A stretch of DNA of 64,000 nucleotides from an uncultured Planctomycetota bacterium (lineage in GTDB: Bacteria; Planctomycetota; Planctomycetia; Isosphaerales; Isosphaeraceae): the NCBI GenBank assembly GCA_963823665.1, contig CAWGMQ010000006.1, positions 1-64,000 on the forward strand. Reading direction: 5' to 3'. The notes beneath the pieces were generated by a model. That model worked only from the letters and a program-made list of their open reading frames with translations, searched no databases and was not told the DNA's origin. Shown here one piece after another: positions 47,414-56,387 of the stretch (the stretch's first letter is position 1; each line of letters begins with the position of its first letter). Position numbers and translations under genes: made by a program.

Positions 47414-50400
47414 TCACCAACCCAGGCCGATCTCGGCCAAGCGACGCTGCATCTCGACGAGGTTGCAAACGGTCACCGTTCCGTTTGCGTTGCCCCAAGC
47501 CACGAGGCGGCCGTCACGGCTGAATTCCGAGTGAATGAGACCGCCAAGGTCATCCGCTGCGATCGTCACCAGGGGAGCGCTCCGACCTTGCTCATTCACG
47601 GTGTGAGCGGGCTGCTCCGACTTGCCGTCACCCGGATTCTTGCCGAGCCACCGTTTTCCCCCGACACCTATGGCGTTCACGTACCGATCGCGCAATTCAC
47701 GCAGGAATGTCAGGCCGGGAATGGCGAGGAGATGACACGCCGGACGCTTTAAGGAAAGATCATGTAGGAGGACACGCCCGGTCGGGTCGAAACGGAAGAA
47801 GGCACCGTCCTGGTCGAGCGGGAGTTGGATCGGAATTGCACCGATCTCCTTTCCGGTGGGTGTCTCCAGGAGTTTGGAGATGCGTTTGCGCGTTTCCTTC
47901 GATCCGGCCAGCCCCTCAACAAGCAAGTACTGGCCGTCCGGCGACGCCTCTGAGTGGAACACGTGCCGATTGAATTCGCGGAGCTCCCGGATCGGGGTCA
48001 TGGGGATGGGACCGAGGAGGTCGCGGATGCGCACGATCCTTGGGTAAGCTCTCGGGTCCGTGCCGTAGGGTGGTACCCGTTCTTCCGGGGTCTCGACCCG
48101 GATCGAAAGAAGCTGCTCTCCATGGAACGCCAGGTTGTCCTGGAATCCCGCTGGTAATTTCCACGTCTTGATCACCTGGCCTGTTGCAACGTCCCAGAGC
48201 ACTGCACCCCGCCCGGCGGCGCAGGCGAAGTGGCGACCATCGGGGCTCAATTGGAGAGCCCCGTTGTCGGCTGAAGCGCCGCGGGGTGCGTCGAATATGT
48301 GAATCAGCCGGCCGGTGGCTCGGTCCCAGATGCCGACTTGCCAGTCTTGAGCTAACCCCGCGACCAGACGACCGTCCGACGAGATGATTACCTTGTCGAC
48401 CGGCCCGAGCAGACCGCGAAGAGTCTGAATTCCGCGATTGTCCTCCAGCTCCCAGACATCGGCGCCCCCTGGATACCCGAAGCCCGGTTGCCTGCCGACA
48501 GCCAGCCTCTTCCCGTCCGGCGAGAACGCCAACGCGGTTAGAAAGTTGTAGTCGTCGGCTCGTAAGTCCAGTAGATGTCGCCCGGTTGTGATGTCCCAGA
48601 GCTTGATCGCCTCGCGACCCGCGGACGCCAAGGTCATGCCATCGGGGCGAAAGGCCAAGGCGGAAACGTCGGAACTGGAACCCCGACAGAAGCTGCGCAC
48701 CCCTCGCGTGTGCATGTCCCAGATGGTCACGGCTCCGCCCGAGTCGCCCGCGGCGAGCAGCCAGGCGGTTCCGGGGCGCGGGCGATCGTTCCGGCGGAGC
48801 GGATCGGGGCCGAACAGCAGGCAGTTGACACGGTTGCGGCGGCCCTCCAGGGTCGCGATCGGCTCGCCCCCGGGCAGCGGCCAAATGGCGATACGTCCGT
48901 CCTCGTCGCCTGCGGCGAGCAACTGGCCATCCGGTGAGAGGGCAATACCGGACGTGCGCGTTGCATCGATCCGCCGCACCAGCCGCCCCGAGTCGGACTC
49001 CCAGACAGCCAGTATCGAGGCGTCGTCATCGTAGTGCCCGGATGTGTCCAGCCGCCGTGCCATCACCACGACTAGCCTCGCGTCTGCCGTGATCGCAACG
49101 GCGCGTATGGCCGAGGCTCCTTCGATGGGGAGTTTGTATGAACGCAAGAGCCGACCTTTCTCGAGGTCATGCAGTTCTAGTGATCGCCGATCGGATGCGA
49201 TTAAAACCTGCAAAGCCGATGTGTGGGGTCCGAACGCAAATGCACCTTCCCCGTTGGGTTCAAGGGTGATCGTCGAGTCGGCTCCGTCCCAGATCCTTAC
49301 ACGCCCGTCCTTTCCACCGAGAAACAATCGCTTTCCCACGGGGTCGAATGCAACCGCGGTGGTGTCGAAGTCAAAGTGCTTCATGCGCCGCGCGTCGATC
49401 CCCGCCAGCGCCGCGGCGGCCTGGGCCTGAAGAGCGGCGTCGTGGCGACCCTGCGCGACTTCCCGCACATTCGTCCAGACCTCGTCCGACCAGCCACTGG
49501 CGTGCTGCCCCGTTCGGATTCGCCCAATTGTCATGAACTGGATCCCACGGAGCTCACGCTCCTTGGATCGAGCCTGTGCGCGATAATACCCGGCGGCTGC
49601 CGCTCCGGCGGTAGTGATCGCGAGCATCGTGGTAAGAGTCGCCGCCGCCCAGCCAGGGTTTCGCCGGGACCAGAGCGCGAGCCGCCTAACCGGGCGCGCC
49701 GGACGCGCGCTGGTCGGCTCGTGCCGCAGCCAGCGGTTGAGATCATGGGCCAAGGCGCCCGCGGTCGCGTAGCGGTGCGCGGGATCCTTGCGCAGGCGCC
49801 TTGAGGACGACTGCCTCGAGGTCGCGGTCGAGGTGCGGATTCAGCGCGCGCGGTGACTTGGGCTCGTCTTCGAGCACGGACCGCCCAGTCGGGAAGGCTC
49901 GCTGTAGCGTCAAAAGCTCGTACAGGGTCGCCCCCAGGCCCCAGACGTCGGCCCGCGCGTCGGCTTGCGTGCTATCCTGGTGCTGCTCGGGGGCCATGTA
50001 GGGTGGAGTGCCGATTGGGCCGGCGGTCAGGCTGGCGTCGGATTCTGCTGGGATCGCGAAAGCCACCGGGGCCGACGCGCCTTCATGGCTCGCCGTCTTG
50101 AGCGAGGCCAGGCCGAAGTCGAGTACCCAGGCGTGGCCGGTCGTCTCGACCATGATGTTCGAGGGCTTCAGATCGCGGTGAACGACCCCAGCGCCGTTGG
50201 CGTGATGGACACCCTCGGCCACGGCGGCCATCACCGACACTGCGGTGCGGATATATGTCTTCGACAACACTGGAGGCGCGGGCCCGCGATCGGAAACCGG
50301 CGATACCGCGCAACGGGGCGATCCTGCATCCGTGGTTTGGATCTCCCCCGGTGCGGCGGGCTTTGGCTCCATGGCGCCAGCCTGGGCGGGGTTTTCCGAT

Positions 50401-51017
50401 GGCGACTGGCTGCGCGAGTGTGCCTCTTGCAGCAGTTGCTCGAACGACGAGCTTGACAGGGCGTTGCCCGATGATGACCCGCGAGAGAGGGCCGTCTTGA
50501 TCACCTGGCCAAGCGATGCTCCGGAGAGATAGGGCATGGCGAAGTAGAGCAGCTCGCCTTCGCAGCCCGTCGCGAAGATCGGCACGATGTTCGTATGGTG
50601 CAGCTTCGCCAGAGTGCGCCGCTCTCGATCGAATCGGAGCAAGGACATCGCGCTCGTCGACTGGCTTCGGCGGATCGTCTTGACCGCCACGCGACGAGCG
50701 AGCGGTTCCTCGACCGCCTCGTATACCTCGCCCATGCCGCCCCGGCCGATCGCCCTGATGACGCGGTAAGGACCGAACCGCTTCGGCGCGTTCGAATCGC
50801 TGCCGGGAGAGGCGAATTCTGACGCGGGCTGGGATGGTGTTTCTTGAAGCATCTGAACGGCTTCGGCCAGCTCGCGGAGCGATTCGGCCAGCTCCGGGTA
50901 GAGCGACTGGTACTTTGCCAGCACGGCCTTTGGGTCAGGGGCATCCAGCAGTTCCTGCTCGAATTGCTGGAGCGGTTCCGGAATAGAGCTCTCTGAGTTG
51001 CACAGCGCGGTGGTCAT
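47414..51017 (-). CDS. Ser/Thr protein kinase with TM segment and WD40 beta-propellers (one frameshift at about 49796)
   Basis: GRGGMGEVY, VAVK, HRDLKPSN, DFG and GTPPYMAPE motifs; one extra C separates VLKA from LRKDPAHRYATAGALAHDL; repeated AFSPDG...IWD WD40 blades. Confidence 0.9.
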
Positions 51018-51624
51018 GACAGGCTTGCCCCGGGAGGACGAAAGGCGGGCGGGATCAATCTTCGCAATTTCATGGCGGCGCGGAGGCGCGCTGGTTGGCA
51101 CTGTTCGCCGTCAGGCCAACGATCGTGCCGATCTGAGGGAAACCCAGACCGTCGAGGTAGCGCAAGGCGAGGATCTCGCGGTCGATCGGGTCCAGTTTCT
51201 CGAGGGCCGCGCGAACCACCTCGCGACGCTCCGCCCTGGAGACGTCGGTAACGGGACCGGTGTGTGAGTCGACCAGATGGTCGGCCAGCGGCGCGGCGGA
51301 TCCGTCCGCCCAGCCGATTTCCCGATCCACGTCGCGCTGCGGTCCCATCGCGGCGCGGATCAGTTCCTTGAGCCGGTCGAGCACCTGGGCGTAGACCCAG
51401 GCATCGACCTCAGTGGGCTGGGGCGAAAGCGACCGCCAGCGCGGCTGAGCGCGAATGAACGCATCCTGGACGACGCCTTCCGGGTCGATCCGAGCGGCCA
51501 TCTTGGAGCTGACCCGTCGCAGTATCATCGCTACGAGCCGAGGCCGCAGTCGTTCGAACGCCGCGTCCAGGATCGCGTCGCCCGTCAATGTCGAAAGTGT
51601 CGTCTTCGAATAATCACCAGGCAT
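51014..51624 (-). CDS. ECF-family RNA polymerase sigma-70 factor (C-terminus apparently frameshifted)
   Basis: Region 2 RPRLVAMILRRVSSKMAARIDPEGVVQDAF and region 4 ALEKLDPIDREILALRYLDGLGFPQIG. The ORF stops at 51070, but one added base gives QRALRAAMKLRRLIP, and a further slip would give an ATGA overlap with the kinase; the 3' end is inferred. Confidence 0.9.
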
Positions 51625-51675
51625 GCACTGCCCCCCCGGCCGTAGGTGGTCGCCGGATGTTCCACCGGGGATTAT

Positions 51676-51705
51676 CCCGCATCTAAAGCCCGAAGTCTGA
51701 CAAGA
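51676..51705 (-). promoter_or_regulatory. Putative autoregulatory ECF promoter TCTTGTCAGA-N15-GCGGG
   Basis: About 50 nt upstream of the ECF ATG; duplicated upstream of DUF1559. Confidence 0.6.
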
Positions 51706-51925
51706 AAAACAATATTCTCACGACGAGGTTTGGCGGTCTGGGTGGTGCCGGGGTCAGAAACGCGGACTGGTGTGGTGTCGGCCGGGCATTCCATTCCGTG
51801 TAAGGTGGCGTGAACGCGCCGTTTGGCCCTGCGATGAGTGGTGAGGGCTGGGGTGTGGACCAGGTCACCGCTGTGACGAGGGGTTTCGGGGGTGAACCGG
51901 GAGTGTGGACCAGAGGTATACCGCA

Positions 51926-52395
51926 CCGGGCGTTGACGCGTCGGGTATACGATGTTCCACGTGGCGGGGCTCGAACGCGGGGGCGGTACCCGGCGTTGAC
52001 ACGCCGGGCTATACGATGTCGCCCCACATGGGGCTCGACTTGGCGGCGTTACCCCAACCGCCGCCTCAACATCGGTTATTCCGTAACACCGACTGTCAAT
52101 CTTCGGATGCCTCGCTGACGCTTCGGGTTGGTGTCGCGCTCGGGGACGTGCCCAACGCGACGTCTCAGCGACGGTTCTTCAGTAACGCCGATTTTCGATC
52201 GCCGGAAACCTCGCTGGCGCTTCGGGTTAATGTACGATCGCGACGCTTGAGGCGAGTTTGCTGGGTGGTCACTCGGAGCGAAGGGCAACGATTCGACCGG
52301 CCGGCGGCAACGCTATATGATCAAGTGCAGATGACGCACTTTCGCGGAGCGAAAGGCGACTATGCAATGCGATGCGGATGGCGCACTTTCGCGGA
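51926..52395. repeat. Cluster of three different REP-like families, each as a direct tandem pair
   Basis: CCCGGCGT-TGAC-ACGCCGGG type (about 51926 and 51989); cctcgctg(a/g)cgcttcgggtt type (52110 and 52210); CTTTCGC-GGA-GCGAAAG type (52339 and 52386, degenerate copy near 52272). Confidence 0.85.
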
Positions 52396-54047
52396 GAGGC
52401 TGTCATCTTTTGGCCGCGTTGCGGTAACTCGGCCGTTGGGCCTAGTCGGCTGTGATTCACCGCTTGGTCGCTCGGTTAGTGCCGCCGATTCACGCCAGTT
52501 CTCCAATAGCCCAGCCGTTGACGCAAACGCGCTTTCCTATTTTGTCCCTTTTTTGCAAAGTACCGCTCATTCCGCCAGTTTGCCCATCGCTCGGCGCAGT
52601 CTCCCTGCGACAACCAGGTTGTGAGCAATTGCAAACAACAATGCGACGGCGCGGCAACGCGGTTGGCCACGCACGGGCATAAACCAGAATCCTCGATTGC
52701 GAGCCTGGGCGTTGACCCACTCGGCTGTTTGGCCTCGCAGCCGGTAGATCAGCTTCGCGGCCTCGGTCCCCATTCGGATCCGCCAAGCGGCAACCGCTTC
52801 GCTGTCGCCCTTCTTTGCGGTGTAGGGATCTTCTCCATTTGCCTGTTTCTTTTTCTCGTCTCTGATCGGCCCGTATACGATGCAGCCGCGTTGGGCCGCC
52901 TGATCGATCGAGTCCTTGGTCGTGAAGCCACCGTCAACCAATGCCTCATCCGGAATTCGTTCGTAACGCTCCTCCAACTGGTCGAGCATGGGCGGAAGTT
53001 CTTCGCCATCGTTCCCTGCGTTGGTCACCTCCACACCCACAATCACACCGCTTTCGGTGTCTGTTGTGAATTGAACGTTATATCCCGGCCGGAATCCTCC
53101 GTCTGGAAACTTCATGATCCTCGCGTCGGGGTCGGTGGTCGAAGCACGCGCTTCCCGCCCCTTGCGGCCGTAGGACTCGTCACGTTCGCGTTGCAGCTCC
53201 TCGCACTGCCGCATCGCTTCTTCGATCCGTTGCTGTCGCTTGTTGGCGGCACGCTCCCGCGCCGCTCGCTGCCGTCGAGTCAGCTCTGCTGTGTCCTCCT
53301 CGGCCAGTTTCTTCAGCGCCTCAACCTGCTCCTTCGCCGCTTTCAGGCACTCCTCCAGGCTACCGCGACGACGAAACGAGCTCTTGCCCGCGCTGGCACG
53401 CACTCTCATTCCGTCCTGAGCGACCCGGTCCATTTTCACCAACCCGGCATGGAGCAGGGTGCCCACGATCTGCGTGAGCAGTTCGTTCAACTTCTCGCCC
53501 CCACAAGCGAGGAAGTGGGACAACATGCTGTGGTTGACGGTTACGCCGCCGCACAGCCACTGGTACGGCAGACTCCCTTGGTTCTTTTCGCACAGCCGTT
53601 CGATTTCACGGGCGCTGCCGACTCCCTTCAATGTGGCGAAAACCCGCAATCCGACCAGCAAGCGCGGGTCGGTGGCATCTCGGCCGACATGTCGCTCGAC
53701 GGCCTTGATCTCGCCGAGCCAGGCTTTCAGATCGAGCTTGCAGACCGCCGCCCAGACGACCCGGGCCGGATGGTCGGCCTCGAGCAATTCATCGAGCGAT
53801 GCCCAGCGCATCTCGATCTGGTCGCGTACGGGACACCGCAGCCGCGGCTTGCCAGTTGGCATCGACTGGGCAGCCTGGGCGGGAGAGGGCTGATCGGGCA
53901 AGTCTTCTGGGCTAAAGAGAGGAAGTGTCATGACGCTCGTCCTGCAACACCGGGGCTGCGTGGGGCTCATGCGGCGGACTACATGCATGGTATTAGAACG
54001 TGAACACTATACAAAATCAACCCCAACGCCGAAAAAATCACAGCCTC
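52396..54047 (-). mobile_element. IS1182-family insertion sequence (1652 bp) with GGA target duplication
   Basis: Ends GAGGCTGTCATCTTTT and (reverse) GAGGCTGTGATTTTTT; GGA at 52393-52395 and 54048-54050. Confidence 0.9.
52567..53931 (-). CDS. IS1182-family transposase
   Basis: LLEADHPARVVW, SAREIERLC...YQWLCGG, VAQDGMRVRASAGKSSF, STTDPDARIMK...GYNVQ, LVDGGF and YRLRGQTAEWVNA motifs; open frame. Confidence 0.92.
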   Translation of the reverse strand: MTLPLFSPEDLPDQPSPAQAAQSMPTGKPRLRCPVRDQIEMRWASLDELLEADHPARVVWAAVCKLDLKAWLGEIKAVERHVGRDATDPRLLVGLRVFATLKGVGSAREIERLCEKNQGSLPYQWLCGGVTVNHSMLSHFLACGGEKLNELLTQIVGTLLHAGLVKMDRVAQDGMRVRASAGKSSFRRRGSLEECLKAAKEQVEALKKLAEEDTAELTRRQRAARERAANKRQQRIEEAMRQCEELQRERDESYGRKGREARASTTDPDARIMKFPDGGFRPGYNVQFTTDTESGVIVGVEVTNAGNDGEELPPMLDQLEERYERIPDEALVDGGFTTKDSIDQAAQRGCIVYGPIRDEKKKQANGEDPYTAKKGDSEAVAAWRIRMGTEAAKLIYRLRGQTAEWVNAQARNRGFWFMPVRGQPRCRAVALLFAIAHNLVVAGRLRRAMGKLAE

Positions 54048-54120
54048 GGAGCGAAAGGCGACGATCGGGCGCGGTCGGACTCCTCGCGCGAGGGCAGCCT
54101 TGTGGTTCAACCGCGAGCGC

Positions 54121-54167
54121 GCCGCGGAGCGGCACGAGGTACGTTCCCACGCGGGAGCGTCGGAACG
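54121..54167. repeat. REP-like hairpins GCCGC-GGA-GCGGC and CGTTCCCACGC-GGGA-GCGTCGGAACG
   Basis: Palindromes read directly from the sequence. Confidence 0.7.
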
Positions 54168-54438
54168 AGGGGTGCCGCTTGGGAATGACGCGTGGATGAC
54201 GCCCCCCAGACCGAATCGTCGGGCAGAAGATCGACCTCGCGGATTGTGGGGGTTCAACCGCCTGCGGATTCCACGGAACCCAAGAAGGATTTAGCAAACG
54301 CGGGGCTCTGGACGACATTCTTAATAAGGCGCTTCGGGCAAGCTGGCTAAGGGCTGACGGGGCTGAGCTTTCCTGGGCTGTTCGGTGTTGAAAAGAGCTG
54401 TTTTCTCGGCGAAACGAAGTGAAAAGGAGAGAATCATC

Positions 54439-56133
54439 ATGGTGAGCGAAGCCAAGATCGCGGCCAACCGTAGGAACGCCACAAAAAGCTGCGGGCCGAA
54501 GACCGAAGCTGGTAAGAATGCCGCACGATTCAATGCACTCAAGCATGGTCTGACGGCGGAAATTGCCATGTTGCCGGAGGAGGATGCGGCGGTTTATGAC
54601 TCGTGGCGGAGTGATTGGTTTGACGTGTACAAGCCGCGAAACGGTTTGGAAGCGGCCAAGGTTGAGCGTAGTTTCTACTTATGGTGGCAGCTCGGGCGGA
54701 TTGCACGCGCACAGTCGGCGCAGCTCTGCGAGAAAGCTCGGACGGCCGAAGGTGAACGGCAGGCGAGTGAAGCGCGAGAGACGATCGAGCTTTCGATCCA
54801 GCTCTTTCTGCCGACCCCAGAGGCTCGCTGGGGGACTGCTGAGAATTCGAAGCGGGCGGGGGAGAGGGACAAGGCACCCGGGACGCGCGATCGAGGTTTT
54901 GAGCATCCTGCACTGATCGAGAGCCGGCTGGAAGAACTGGAGGACGGCTGCCGGTGGCTTCACGCGCAGTGGAAGGAGGAAGCCGCGATTCTCGAAGCAG
55001 GCAAAGCTTGGGGGGCGATCGAGTGCTTCAAGGCGATCAGGCTGATGGGAATGCATGTCCTCTCTGCTATCGATCTCACCGAGGTGGCCGATTTCCTGCG
55101 CCCGTGCGTGGCACTGGCCGGAAAGGGAATCGGGCTGGCGAGGGAGACATGGACGCTGCTTGCTCCGCCCGAAGCCGAGCGAGGCTGGGAGGTGGTGCGC
55201 GGGCAGTTGGAACCAGATAACGCGTTGCCAATGAGCGCGGATGAAGCGAGGGAATGGTTACGCGAGACTGTCGAACAGCAGATCGCGCGGCTGGCGGAGA
55301 AAATCGAGGAGCACGAAAGCGTCGCCGAGGTCCACAAGGCGCTCGCGCCTAACCTGCATGCATTCGACTGGAGCCCCCTCGCCGAACGAACGCGACGGTA
55401 CGAGCGGGCCTGTCAACGAACCGTCGACCGGATCGATCGCGAGCTAGAAACACGGCCTTGGCTGTCGTCTCAGCAACTCGTGCCGCTCTCTGTCTCGTCC
55501 CGGAGGCTCAGCCCGAGCTCGGTACAATCCATGCGTGCGAGACTGATGGCGCACAATGCGATGTGTGCAGCCGACGATGATGACGACGAGGTTGCGCTGC
55601 GACGAAACGAAGCCAACGGGCACCACGAATTTGATTCGACGACGAGCTTCGTCGATGACGGGAGGACGCACGTTCGCGGAGCCGAGGACGACACGCTTGG
55701 CCAGGACGAATCGATGTGGAGCGATGGTGAATCCGCGGATCGACGAAACGAAGCCAACGGGCAGGAGCGTTCGGGAGAAGCGCCGCGACGAAACGAAGCC
55801 AACGGGCACAACGGAGCTGGCCCGGTGATGGGACGAAACGAAGCCAGCGGCATGGAAGAGGGTGCGGTTGTGACGATTGAGGAGTTTGAGAGGCCGGAGC
55901 CCGGCGGAGACCCGCGCGGCGAGGGTACTGCGTTCGAGGAGACAGGTGGCGAAACACCGCAACAATCGACTGCCGTGATGTGTGAGACGCAGGCTGAGGT
56001 GATCGAGAAGCGCCACGTGGGCTCGGCGACTGTGACACGATTCAGCCTTGCTGCGGGCGTGACGCGAACCAGGGCCGATTCGCGCCGCGAGCGGCGTGCG
56101 CGGCGGCGGGAAATGCGGCAGCGAAACCGCTGA
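54439..56133 (+). CDS. Hypothetical protein with N-terminal AANRRNAxxSxGPKTxxGK...NALKHGL motif and C-terminal RRNEAN repeats
   Basis: AAGGAG before ATG 54439; open frame of 564 aa; basic C-terminus. Confidence 0.8.
   Translation: MVSEAKIAANRRNATKSCGPKTEAGKNAARFNALKHGLTAEIAMLPEEDAAVYDSWRSDWFDVYKPRNGLEAAKVERSFYLWWQLGRIARAQSAQLCEKARTAEGERQASEARETIELSIQLFLPTPEARWGTAENSKRAGERDKAPGTRDRGFEHPALIESRLEELEDGCRWLHAQWKEEAAILEAGKAWGAIECFKAIRLMGMHVLSAIDLTEVADFLRPCVALAGKGIGLARETWTLLAPPEAERGWEVVRGQLEPDNALPMSADEAREWLRETVEQQIARLAEKIEEHESVAEVHKALAPNLHAFDWSPLAERTRRYERACQRTVDRIDRELETRPWLSSQQLVPLSVSSRRLSPSSVQSMRARLMAHNAMCAADDDDDEVALRRNEANGHHEFDSTTSFVDDGRTHVRGAEDDTLGQDESMWSDGESADRRNEANGQERSGEAPRRNEANGHNGAGPVMGRNEASGMEEGAVVTIEEFERPEPGGDPRGEGTAFEETGGETPQQSTAVMCETQAEVIEKRHVGSATVTRFSLAAGVTRTRADSRRERRARRREMRQRNR
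55600..55850 (+). repeat. Four dispersed direct repeats CGACGAAACGAAGCCAACGGGCA
   Basis: Copies at 55600, 55741 and 55786 (identical over 23 nt) and 55831 (variant); core CGAAACGAAG also at 54410. Confidence 0.9.
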
Positions 56134-56387
56134 CGATGCGGTTCGGAACCAACGCGGGTTGAAATCGACGGCCTGCAGGCCGCCGAGCGGCGCTCGGATC
56201 GTTCTGACGCGTGGAGAAGGACACGTTACCGGTGATCGCGAGTTCTGGCTGTGCGCACACCACCCGCCGGCCGATCGTCTGCTCTTGTTTCGGCCGGAGG
56301 TGCTGCGTAGGCTGGTGGTTCAATTGGGCGGGCTGGGCTGGGCATAACAGGAAGGGATTATTCGGGATTCAGATAATGGATAGATAC

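Noticed and set aside
52448..52457. GGCTGTGATT as the true end of the IS1182
   Set aside because: It resembles the terminal repeat, but only the 52396 boundary rebuilds the REP target with a duplication.
55600..55850. Possible mini CRISPR array
   Set aside because: Only four copies, irregular spacing (141/45/45), in frame within a CDS, non-palindromic, and no cas genes in the window.
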